Assembly (NCBI GenBank): GCA_964202905.1
Contig: CAXNJO010000001.1
Span: 928,001-992,000 of the forward strand
DNA from: Polyangiales bacterium
GTDB lineage: Bacteria > Myxococcota_A > Polyangia > Polyangiales > JADJQN01
Direction of reading: 5' to 3'
DNA length: 64,000 nucleotides
The notes under the pieces were generated by a model, which was given only the letters and a program-made list of their open reading frames with translations, did no database searches and was not told the DNA's origin. Positions 1 through 10,700 of the stretch are shown piece by piece. A program made the position numbers and the translations under genes. Numbering within the stretch: the first letter of the stretch is position 1; every line of letters begins with the position of its first letter.

Positions 1-19
1 TGCGCGTCGAGGCGTCCTC

Positions 20-874
20 GTGACGGCGGCCGCGCCCGGATCGCGCCGCACCACCGTGCGCCGCACCGTGTCCCGCGTCGCTGCGCCTGCCGCCGCGAAG
101 GGCGCGAACGCGCCGCGTGTCGCGAAGGGCGCGAACGCGCTGAGGCGTCCCACGGCCGCTGCGCACCCCTACAAGATGAAGGAGCTCTGCGAGCTCACGG
201 GGCTGCCGCGGCAGGTCATCCACTTCTACATCCAGCAGGGGCTCGTGCCGGGTGGCGTGAAGACGGGCCGCAACATGGCGTATTACGGCCCGCAGCACGT
301 CGAGCGCCTCCAGCTCGTGCGGCAGCTCCAGCACGAGCGCTTCCTGCCGCTCAAGGCGATCAAGGCCCTGCTCGACGGGCAGGAGGAGTCCTTCACCTCG
401 TCGCAGCGCGTGATGCTGCTCGGCGTCAAGGAGCGCCTCGAGCACACGCTCGTCCGCGAGGAGGGGCGCGAGCCCGGCGCGCAGACCATCGCCATCGACG
501 ACCTGCTCGCGCGCACGGGCGTCCCGCGCGAGGACCTCGACCGCGCGGTCGAGCTCGGCTTCGTCGCGACGCGCGAGATCGGCGGGCGCGAGGTGATGGC
601 CGCGGACCAGTCGTGGCTCCTCGAGGTCTGGGGCGAGCTGCGCGCCGCGGGCGTCTCGCGCGAGCTCGGCTTCGTCGTCGACGACCTCGCCATCTACGAG
701 GAGGCGATCGGCACGCTCTTCACGCACGAGGTGATGCTCGTCGCGTCGCGCGTGCAGAACCTGCCGCCCGAGCGCGTCGCGACGCTGCTCGAGCGCGCGC
801 TCCCGCTCGTCCACACGCTGCTCATCCGCTACCACGCCATGCGCGTGCGCCAGTTCTTCCAGACGCTTCGATAG
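20..874 (+). CDS. MerR-family transcriptional regulator
   Basis: MerR HTH signature YKMKELCELTGLPRQVIHFYIQQGLV...YYGPQHVERLQLVRQLQ...LPLKAIK; a second HTH-like segment follows (IAIDDLLARTGV). Start is uncertain (GTG 20 or later). Confidence 0.88.
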   Translation: MTAAAPGSRRTTVRRTVSRVAAPAAAKGANAPRVAKGANALRRPTAAAHPYKMKELCELTGLPRQVIHFYIQQGLVPGGVKTGRNMAYYGPQHVERLQLVRQLQHERFLPLKAIKALLDGQEESFTSSQRVMLLGVKERLEHTLVREEGREPGAQTIAIDDLLARTGVPREDLDRAVELGFVATREIGGREVMAADQSWLLEVWGELRAAGVSRELGFVVDDLAIYEEAIGTLFTHEVMLVASRVQNLPPERVATLLERALPLVHTLLIRYHAMRVRQFFQTLR

Positions 875-975
875 GGATTCCCGTTCGTACCGCGAATCCA
901 ACGCATCGCATCGCAGAATACGATTCTCATCCCGCTGTGAATCCCGTCCACGAACCGCAGCCCAGAGGTCCGACC

Positions 976-2181
<1,206 letters not shown>

Positions 2182-2216
2182 GCACCATCCCCCGGTCGAC
2201 GCGCGGAGGAGGCGAC

Positions 2217-3182
2217 ATGGATACCGAGCGGATGCTCGCGCTCTGCCGGCGCGATCAATGGGATATCGAGGACCTCGATTGGAGCCTCGCGCCGCGCACG
2301 CTCTCGCGCGAGCACGAGCTCGCCGTCTGCCAGTACTTCACGGACATGGCCGGCATCGAGCGGCTCGCGGGCGCGCTCTTCGCGGTGCAGCGCGATCAGG
2401 CGCGCGACGAGACCCTCCGCGCGATCTTCGCGACCTTCGTCGAGGACGAGGCGCGGCACGCGGAGGTCGCGCTGCGCCTCGCCCGCCATTACGACGTGCA
2501 TGGGTATCGTCGCTACGAGACGAATCCCCATCTCGTGCGCTTCAGCAGACATTTCATCGAGGCTGCGCGCACCGCGTCTCCCGACATCGCCAATGCCTAC
2601 ATCACGACGGGTGAGCTGCTGCTCGACATCGCGCTCCTGCGCTCGCTCGACGAGTTCGTCGACGACGCGATGAGCCACGCGGCGATGCGGCTCATCAACC
2701 GCGACGAGTCGCGGCACATCGCGGTCGACTACCACATGGCCGAGTACTACGCGTCGGCCGACTACGACGCGTGGCTCGCCGCGCAGCCGCGCCGGGGCCT
2801 GCGCGCGCAGGTGCAGAGCACGCTCGCGCTCGCGGGTTTTCTGCGGCACGCGCAGCCCTTCTTCCGCGACGTGTTCTTCCGCCCGATGGCGCTCGTCGAT
2901 CCGAGCGGCACGCGGCTGATCGACGCCTTCAAGCGCGTGCAGCTGCTCGGCCGCAAGCAGGGCACCGGGCCGCGGCGGCCGTTCACGCGCTTCGTGCAGA
3001 CGCTGCAGGCCCTCTTCGAGAACCCGCTCACGCGGCCGCTCTTCGGCAGGCTCGTCGAGCGTGTCCTCGGCGTCGATCCGCGCGTGATCCACACGCTCTA
3101 CACGCCCGACGAGCTCGCGCGCACGCAGCGGATCAGCTTCGCCGCGCTCGCGGCCGAGGCGCTCGCGCTCAAGCTCGCGTAG
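2217..3182 (+). CDS. second ferritin-like diiron protein
   Basis: RBS GGAGGAGG. N-terminal QW.IEDLDWS; ligand pattern GIE...EDEARH...GELLLD...DESRH. Confidence 0.8.
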   Translation: MDTERMLALCRRDQWDIEDLDWSLAPRTLSREHELAVCQYFTDMAGIERLAGALFAVQRDQARDETLRAIFATFVEDEARHAEVALRLARHYDVHGYRRYETNPHLVRFSRHFIEAARTASPDIANAYITTGELLLDIALLRSLDEFVDDAMSHAAMRLINRDESRHIAVDYHMAEYYASADYDAWLAAQPRRGLRAQVQSTLALAGFLRHAQPFFRDVFFRPMALVDPSGTRLIDAFKRVQLLGRKQGTGPRRPFTRFVQTLQALFENPLTRPLFGRLVERVLGVDPRVIHTLYTPDELARTQRISFAALAAEALALKLA

Positions 3183-3195
3183 GCTCGCCGCCGTC

Positions 3196-5283
3196 GTGAG
3201 CGGCGTGCGTCGACATGCGGGATTCGCGGCGTCCGTCGCCGTCTGTGCGCTCGTCGTCGGCCGCACGACGGATGTGCGCGCCGAGGGGCCGACGCTCGGT
3301 GCGCGCGCCGAGGCCCAAGGGCCCGCCGATCGGGCGCAGGCGGCGGACCCGACCGCGACGGTGAGCGTCGTCGAGGTCGACCCCGACGCGGGCGCGCAGG
3401 CCACGCTCGACGCGCTCGTGCTCGAGGTGCCGGGGGCGCGCGCGCGGCGCACGGGGGCGTACGGCGCCCCGTCGCTGCTCTCGATCCGCGGGGCCGAGCC
3501 GCGCCACAACGTCGTGCTGCTCGGCGATGTGCCGCTCGACGGCGTCGACGACGGGGGGCTCGATCTCTCGACGATTCCGGCCGCGCAGCTCGAGCGCGTC
3601 GAGGTGTGGCGCGGCGGCGCGCCCGCCTGGTGGAGCGCCGGCGCCGTCGGCGGCGTGGTGCGGCTCGTGCCGCGCGAGCCCCGCGCGACCGGCGTCGCCG
3701 CGAGCGCCACCGTCGGGTCGTTCGGGCTCTTTGGTGCGCAGGTTTCGGGCACCGCGGCCCCGCACGGGGCGCGCGGCGTGCGTGCGACGGCGGTCGCGGG
3801 CGTGACCGAGAGCGAGGGCGATTTCCCCTACCTCGACGATCGCGGCACGCGGCTCGATCCGCGCGACGACGTCGAGCGCCGCCGCACGAACGGCCGCCTC
3901 ACGCAGAGCTTCGGCCTGCTGCGGCTGCGCGCGCCCGCGCTCGGCGGTGCGCTCGATCTCGTCGCGGTCGGGCTCGGTCGTGCGGGCGGCGTGCCCGGCC
4001 ATGCGCTGCGGCCGACGACCGCGACGCGACGCACGCTCGCGCGCGCCCTCGTCGCCGCGTCGTGGACGCGTGCGTCGCGCGGCGCGGACGGCGTGCGCAC
4101 GGGGCGCGTGCAGCTCGCGCTCGCGGCCTCGCACGAGCGCGCGCGCTTCACCGATCGCGAGGCGCAGACGGGCCTCCTGCCGCGCGCGACGGACGACCGG
4201 CTCACGCGCGCGTCGCTCCGCGTCGCGGGCGAGCGGCGCCTGCGCGACTGGCTCGCGCTCACGGGCGTCGCGACCTACCGCCTCGAGGCGCTCGACCCCG
4301 CGGACGCGCTCGCCCGTGCGCCGAACCAGCCCTCCGTGCGGCACACCGGCGCGCTCGCGCTCGAGGCGCCGCTGCGCTTCCTGCCCGCCAAGGCGGCCTT
4401 GACCGTGCGGCCCTCTGTGCGCGTCGAGATCGCGCGCGCGTCGCTCGCGTCGATCCGCGCGGAGGACGCGCCCGAGCCGGTCACGCGCGATTTCCTCGTG
4501 CCCACGGCGCGGCTCGGCGCGGAGCTCGCGCCCGCGCGCTGGCTCTCTCTGAGCGCGGCCGCCTCCCTCGGCGCGCGTCTCCCGACGATGGTCGAGCTCT
4601 TCGGCGATCGCGGCTGGCTCGCGAGCGCGGTGACGCTGCGTCCGGAGCGCGGCCTCGGCGCCGAGCTCGGCGTGCGGGCGCGCCTCGCGCAGGGGCCGCT
4701 GCGCGTGCGGGGCGAGGTGCACGCCTTCTGGCGAGAAGACCGCGACTTCATCCGCTACACGCGCACCTCGCAGTTCCAGGCCGTCGCGCAGAACATCGAC
4801 GCGGCCCGCACGCGCGGCCTCGAGTTCGCGCTCGACGCGCGCCTCGCGAGACACATCACGGTTGTATCTGCCATCACGTTGCAGGAGTCTCTCGACCTCA
4901 CGCTCGACCGCGCGCTGCCGCTCCGCCCCGCGGTGCAGCTCTACGCGCGCGCCTCGGGGCGCGTGCCGCCCTTCGGTCCGCTCGCGTCGATCGAGCCGTG
5001 GGTCGACGTCGCGCACGTCGGCGCGGTCGCCGCCGATCCGGCGAACCTCGCGCAGATCCCCGCGCGCACCGTCTTCGGCTGCGGCCTCGCGATCGCCTCG
5101 CGCACGCGCGACGCGGTGCTCGCCGTGTCGGTCGCGGACCTCGCGGACGCGCGCGGGCAGGATCTGCTCGGGTTTCCGCTCCCCGGGCGGACGTTCTCGC
5201 TCACGCTGACGCTGCGCGGCGGCGAACTGGACGCGCGCGCGGCGAGGGCTTCCCGGTGCGCGCGCCGGGGCGGGCGCGGTTGA
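3196..5283 (+). CDS. TonB-dependent outer-membrane receptor (BtuB-like)
   Basis: Signal peptide; plug motifs LSIRGA..HNVVLLGDVPL and IPAAQLERVEVWRG; barrel motifs PTMVELFG, LRPERG and PLPGRTF. The C-terminal ~15 aa look like an atypical extension. Confidence 0.85.
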   Translation: MSGVRRHAGFAASVAVCALVVGRTTDVRAEGPTLGARAEAQGPADRAQAADPTATVSVVEVDPDAGAQATLDALVLEVPGARARRTGAYGAPSLLSIRGAEPRHNVVLLGDVPLDGVDDGGLDLSTIPAAQLERVEVWRGGAPAWWSAGAVGGVVRLVPREPRATGVAASATVGSFGLFGAQVSGTAAPHGARGVRATAVAGVTESEGDFPYLDDRGTRLDPRDDVERRRTNGRLTQSFGLLRLRAPALGGALDLVAVGLGRAGGVPGHALRPTTATRRTLARALVAASWTRASRGADGVRTGRVQLALAASHERARFTDREAQTGLLPRATDDRLTRASLRVAGERRLRDWLALTGVATYRLEALDPADALARAPNQPSVRHTGALALEAPLRFLPAKAALTVRPSVRVEIARASLASIRAEDAPEPVTRDFLVPTARLGAELAPARWLSLSAAASLGARLPTMVELFGDRGWLASAVTLRPERGLGAELGVRARLAQGPLRVRGEVHAFWREDRDFIRYTRTSQFQAVAQNIDAARTRGLEFALDARLARHITVVSAITLQESLDLTLDRALPLRPAVQLYARASGRVPPFGPLASIEPWVDVAHVGAVAADPANLAQIPARTVFGCGLAIASRTRDAVLAVSVADLADARGQDLLGFPLPGRTFSLTLTLRGGELDARAARASRCARRGGRG

Positions 5284-5308
5284 CACCGCCGCGTGGCTCC
5301 TCTAAGCG
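5280..5308 (+). promoter_or_regulatory. putative sigma70 promoter for the riboswitch operon
   Basis: TTGACA (5280-5285), 17-bp spacer, weak -10 TAAGCG; about 50 nt upstream of the riboswitch. Confidence 0.45.
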
Positions 5309-5358
5309 TCGTCGGCCACAGGAGAAGCGCGACCACACACCACCGAAGTCACACCACG

Positions 5359-5549
5359 AACGTGCGGTCACCCCATGGGTGCGAAGAGGGAAGTCGGTGA
5401 TCCGGTCGAGGCCGGAGAGTCCGACGCGGCCCCCGCCACTGTGACCGGGGACTCGCGCGCGACATCGCCACTGGCCGAGCGGACACACCGCCGGGCCGGG
5501 AAGGCTGCGCGCGGGGACGATCCGAGAGCCAGGAGACCTGCCGCACGTT
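5359..5549 (+). ncRNA. cobalamin (B12) riboswitch
   Basis: Hallmark motifs in order: AAGAGGGAAGTCGGTG, CCCCCGCCACTGTGA, GCCACTGG, GGGAAGGC and the B12 box AGCCAGGAGACCTGCC. Closing stem AACGTGCGG (5359-5367) / CCGCACGTT (5541-5549). Confidence 0.95.
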
Positions 5550-5655
5550 TCGACACGCGTCCGCGCCGCCGCCCCGAGGCGCCGCGCCGCGTGAGCCCGG
5601 GCGCTGCGGGGAGCGGCGCCACGAGGTCACCATGTCGCCGCGCCGCAGTTCGTTC

Positions 5656-6321
5656 ATGTCGCCTCGTTCGCTCGCTTGTTTGCCGGTTTTTGGTCTGTTT
5701 GTCGGCCTCTTCGCGGCCTGCACGGGCGAAGGCGCGGACCCGACGCTCACACCGGGCGCGCCGTACGCGGTCGCGATCGTCGCGCACGAGCCGGGGCCGG
5801 GCGCAGGCTTCGGCACCGACCGCCTGCCCGACGTCGTGCTCGGGCCGCCGCGCGGCGCGGGGCTCGCCTCCGGCTCGACGGATGTGCTCTCGCTCGGCAC
5901 GGGCGGGGCGATCACCGTCGAGCTCGGCGTCGACGCGGTCGACGGCCCCGGCGCGGACCTCGTCGTCTTCGAGAATGCCTTCCACATCGGGGGTTCGGCG
6001 GCGAACGTGTACGTCGAGCCCGCGCGCGTGGAGGTCAGCGCGGACGGTGTGCGCTGGACGGCCTTCCCGTGCGCGGCGGACGCGGCCCCTCACCGCGGCT
6101 GCGCGGGGCTCTCGCCCGTGCTCGCGAACGTCGACACGAACGACCTCGATCCGCGCGATCCAGGCGCGGCGGGCGGAGACGCCTTCGACCTCGCGGCGGT
6201 GGGCGTCGCGCGCGCGCGCTTCGTGCGGATCACCGACGCGGGCGGCGGCCGGATGGACGGCGCGGGCACCGATGGCTTCGACCTCGACGCGGTCGCCGTC
6301 GTCCACGCCGGGGGCGGGTGA
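5656..6321 (+). CDS. cell-surface lipoprotein, putative B12-binding (BtuH-like domain)
   Basis: Lipobox FAAC; motifs DVLSLGTGGAITV, DGPGADLVVFENAF, EPARVEVS, GGDAFDL and GFDLDAVAV; first gene after the riboswitch. Start is ATG 5632 or 5656. Confidence 0.7.
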   Translation: MSPRSLACLPVFGLFVGLFAACTGEGADPTLTPGAPYAVAIVAHEPGPGAGFGTDRLPDVVLGPPRGAGLASGSTDVLSLGTGGAITVELGVDAVDGPGADLVVFENAFHIGGSAANVYVEPARVEVSADGVRWTAFPCAADAAPHRGCAGLSPVLANVDTNDLDPRDPGAAGGDAFDLAAVGVARARFVRITDAGGGRMDGAGTDGFDLDAVAVVHAGGG

Positions 6322-7658
6322 GGCGTCCGATCGCCCTGTTTTGCGAGGTTTTGCGGGTGTCGGCGGTGGGCGCGTCCGTGGCCGCCGCGCGCGCGACGCT
6401 CATGTCGGTGCTCCTCGCGCTCGCCGGCTGCGGTGCACCCACGGGCTCGGCGTGCGCGCCGGCCCGCCTCGCGACCGTCACGCAAACACCCTCGTATGCG
6501 GTGGTCACGAGCGATTACAGCGCGACGGCGGTCGCGCTGCTCGACGCCGACGGCGCGCTGCTCGAGGAGGCGTGGATCGACTCGGGCACCGCGGAGGTGG
6601 GCCTCGCCGCGACGCTCAACGGGGACGTCGTGCTCCCGAGCGCCTCGCTCCGCGACGGCGCGCTCACGCTGCTCGATCGCTTCGCGACGGATGTGCTCAC
6701 GCGCGTCCCGCTCGCGCCGCCGCTCGTGCCCGTCCAGGCCGAGGTGCGCGCGTCCGCGGCCTCGCGCGGCTGGTCGCCGAACCCGCACGACGTCGCCGCC
6801 CACGCGCCCGGGCGGCTCGTGCTCACGCGCTTCGAGCGCAACCCCGCGCCCGACGCGCCGCCGCTCGATCGCGGGGACGACGTGGTGGTGCTCGACCTCG
6901 CGGCCCGCGCGGTGGTCGCGCGCGTCGATCTCTCGGCGCTCGGCGCGCTCGCGGAGGGAGAGCCCGTCGCCGCGCGCCCCGACGGACTTGCGCGCGCAGG
7001 CGCCTTCCACGTCGCGGGCCTGGCGCGGCTCTCGGCCGACTTCATGCGCGCGGGGCCCGGCGCTGTGGCGGTCGTCGACGTCGACGCGGGCACGGCGTAT
7101 GCGGTGCCGCTCGAGGGCTTCGCGTACTGCGGCGAGGTGCGCGCGCTCGATGCGCCGCTCGCGGAGCCGCCCGCTGTCGCGGGCGACGTCGACGTCGTCG
7201 CGCTCTGTCAGGGGGCGACGTTCGTCGACGAGGCCGCCCGGCGTGCGGGTGCGGGGATCGCGGTCGTGCGCGTGGGAGCGGCCGGCGGCGCGCGCGTGGT
7301 CCGCACCTGGCGCGCGGCCGATCACACGGAGGTCGGCAGCCCCACGAACCTCGTCGCCGTGCTCGACGCGGGGCGCGTCGTCTACGCGGCGCGCGGCGAG
7401 GGGGCTTCGGCCAACACCGATCGCCTCGTCGCCGTGGCGCTTTCGAGCGGCGAGGCGCGCACCGTCTACGTGTCGCCGCTCCGCTTCGCGCTGCAGGGCG
7501 GCGCCTACGACGCTGCGCGTGGCCTGCTGCTCGTGCCGGAGGGCACGCTCGGCGTGCGTCGCTTCGACGTCGGCGCGGCGCTCGACGTCACGCCCCGCGA
7601 CACCGTCGACGTGTCGCCGTGCCGAGGATTGCCGGCGCGCCAGGTCGGCGCGCTTTGA
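6318..7658 (+). CDS. beta-propeller-like lipoprotein (YncE/BtuG-like)
   Basis: GTGA overlap with the previous stop; lipobox LAGC; blade-like repeats (NPHDVA, DDVVVLDL, RPDGL, AVAVVDV). Confidence 0.65.
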   Translation: MRRPIALFCEVLRVSAVGASVAAARATLMSVLLALAGCGAPTGSACAPARLATVTQTPSYAVVTSDYSATAVALLDADGALLEEAWIDSGTAEVGLAATLNGDVVLPSASLRDGALTLLDRFATDVLTRVPLAPPLVPVQAEVRASAASRGWSPNPHDVAAHAPGRLVLTRFERNPAPDAPPLDRGDDVVVLDLAARAVVARVDLSALGALAEGEPVAARPDGLARAGAFHVAGLARLSADFMRAGPGAVAVVDVDAGTAYAVPLEGFAYCGEVRALDAPLAEPPAVAGDVDVVALCQGATFVDEAARRAGAGIAVVRVGAAGGARVVRTWRAADHTEVGSPTNLVAVLDAGRVVYAARGEGASANTDRLVAVALSSGEARTVYVSPLRFALQGGAYDAARGLLLVPEGTLGVRRFDVGAALDVTPRDTVDVSPCRGLPARQVGAL

Positions 7659-7747
7659 TGCGATGGGGATGCAGTTGTATCTCTGCTGTGTCTTCGTCGT
7701 TCGCGGCGGCGACGCGCGATGCAGCGGCGTGAGTCACGCGCCGCGCG

Positions 7748-10700
7748 TCACCAGATGACGCGCAGCATGTAGGTGGTGCCGAGCGTCTCGCCGACGACCA
7801 CGCGGTTGCCGGGGAGTACGGCGACGCCACGTGGCGCCTGGAGCAGCGCGGCTGTCGCCGGGCCGAAGTCGCCGGTCGACATCGTGGTCATGCCGGTCAT
7901 GCCCGCGAGGGTGCTGGTCATGCCGGAGGATGTGCGGCGGCGCAGACGCCCGTCGCTCGTCGTGTAGTAGAGGTTGTTGGCGGCATCGAGGGCGATCGTG
8001 GCGGGTGACGAGAGCGTGTCGCGTGAGAGCACCTCGTACTCGCCTGCGGTCGTACGCCGCAAAAGGACGTCCGTCGGCTCGGCGCCGATGCTGCCGCCGC
8101 AGGCCTGAGCCTCGAAGTAGAGGCTGCCGGCTCCGTCCCGCGCGAGCCCATGGGAGTTTGAGCTATCGTACCTTGAGAGCTGGTTCACCTCGACGGAGGC
8201 TCCACAGGTGGCGGAGAAGTTGGAGGTGGCGAGCGTGGTGACGTCCCCGGCAGGTGTGGCCTGGAGGATCTCGGTGACGCCGGTCGAGGAATTTCCTGCA
8301 ACGGCGAAGACCGTCTCGTCTGCCGCGACGACGAGGTCGTAGACGTCGTAGGACTGCGCGTCGAGCGCGGCGAGGGCCAGGCTGATGCCGATGGTGCCGG
8401 CCCTGAGATCGACGAAGTAAGCCTTGCCAGACCCTCCACCGTTGCCGGCGACGTAGAGCCGAAGCCGACCGGCGGCCTCGTCGAGGAAGAGCCCGTACGC
8501 GCCGCCCTGAATGGCGAAGGCGTCGGCGCCGTCGGTGGGGACCTCGCTGCCGCCGCCCGCGATCCGACGCATGGCGCCCTCGGGCGAAACGGCGAGGATT
8601 TCCGGGAAGGCGTTGGCGATGTAGATCGTGCCGTCGAGGCCCGCGGCGAGGTCCTGCACGCCCGGCGGGTCGGAGAACGGCGCGGCGACGATGGCTGGCT
8701 CGCCGTCTATCACCGGCGCTCCCGTCGTGCTCCGTAGCGCGTTGACGATGGGGAGGATGACGCCGGCTGCGGGTTCGGTGGCCGTGACCTCGAACGTCAG
8801 GGGGCTACCGGTGACGTGCACGCCGTGCAGATCGGTGAAGGAGGCGGTGACGTCGTAGCGGCCGGCGATGCGGCCTGAACGCATGACCGCGGAGGTCGAG
8901 CCGGTGGGCCCCGTGACGGGCGTCGCGTTCGTGAGTGCGCCGGTGCCGCTCGCGACGAAGGCGTAGTCGAGGGTGCGGCGGCCGAGACCGGTGCTCGCGC
9001 CGTCCGTGAGCCGCGCGGCGAGCAGGGCGGACTGGCGACCGAGTACGACGCTCTGCATGCTGCCCGACGTCAGGGAGAGCGCGGCGTTGCCGCCGCTCGC
9101 GCGCGCGGCGTCGCGGATCATCCGGATTGTGCCCGAGAACGCGTCGCCGACGAACGCGTCGCCGACGAGCGCGTGGCCATCGGCGAGCATTGTGATCGGC
9201 CCCGGGGAGCTGAGCGTCGCCGCGGTCGCGGCGCCGTAGTCGCCCGCGGTCCCGTCGCTGCCCGTCCCCGCGACGAGCTGCAGCGCGAGCGTGCGGCTCT
9301 CGATGCGAAACACGCGCTTTGCGTCGTCGTCGGTGAAGTAGAGGTTGCCCGCGGGGTCGAAGGCGAGCCCCCTCACGCTGCTCGAGCCGGCCGCCGTGGA
9401 GACCGTGCCCGCCGTCACGCCGCCGCCTGATTGGCCGAAGACGTGGGAGAAGCTGCCATCGGCCTCGCGGCGACCGATGGCGGGGGCGGTGGCGTCGTCC
9501 GCACCGAGGCGCGTACTCCGGAAGTTTGCGTAAACGAAGAGGCGCCCCGCGTCGTCGAGCACCATCGGGATCCCGTTGCCGCCCCTGCTGATCAGGCAGA
9601 GCGCGGAGGGGTTCGGACGCGTGGCCGGGCAGGGCGAAAAGGCTGCGAACGTCTCGATCACGTTCGCCGCCGTGTCGATGCGGCGCAGGCCGAGGGATTC
9701 GTCGTCGACGAGGAGCGCGCCGTCGGGCATCAGCACGATGTGCTGCGGCGCGTTGAGCTGCGCGTCGGTGGGCGAGCCACCTTCCCCGTAGCCGGGGGCG
9801 CCCGCGCTGCCGCCGCCGGCGACCGAGTTGATGGCCCCCGTCGCGAGGTCCACGGTGCGAACGCGGTTGTTCCAACTGTCTACGATGTAGAGGAGTCGGT
9901 TCGCTTCGTCGAGCGCGAGCCCGACCGCGCAGGAGAGGTCGGCCGCAGTCGCGGGGCCGCCATCACCGAGCGCGCTGCCCGAGCCGCCGCCCGCGATGGG
10001 CGAGAGGGCGCCGGCGGGCGAGAGCGCCCAGACGCCGACGTTGCCGGAGGTCGAAGCCGCACGCACCGATGTACACCGTGCCGTCGCTGCTCCGCGCGAA
10101 GGCGCGCACGGGCCCTGATGTCGCGGGTCGTCGCGGCGCCACCCGCCTCGTCATAGCTGCCTGCGGCGTCCGCGTTCACGACGGGGAGAATGTTCGCCAT
10201 TCCTGCCGCCGTCGCGGTGAAGTCGAGCGTGACAGGCGCCGTGTTCGTGCTGCGCAGCGTCACCGAGAAGGGCCCGGTGGTGAGCGGCGCGCGGATCGTC
10301 AGGGTCGCCCCACCGCTCGCGTCCGTGGCGAGGGTGTCCGCCACGCCGACGCCGGGACCGGCGCTCGTCGTGAGCATGCGGCTCTCGGCGGGCATGCCGT
10401 CGGCGAGGCGGACGACGCGCACGACGACGGGCAGCGGCAGCGCGCGCGTGATGGTCGCCGCCTGCATGTTTCCCCGCGACCACGTCGATGCGGAAGTTGA
10501 TCATGCAGTCGTCGACGCTGCGGCAGTCGCCGTCGTCGCAGTCGGCGAGTCCGTCGCAGTCGTCATCCGTGCCGTTCGTACAGATCTCCGCGAAAGTCCG
10601 GAGTCCGCGCGGAGTCCGTGTCGTTGCAGTCGCCGGGGCGCTCGACGTAGCGCGGCGCGGGTCCGGCCGGCGCCGAGCACGAGAGCACCGGCGTGCCCGC

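Noticed and set aside
94..140. 20-bp direct repeat at the MerR 5' end (27-bp period)
   Set aside because: It is an in-frame duplication within a low-complexity N-terminal extension (AKGANA twice), with no sign of regulatory or mobile significance.
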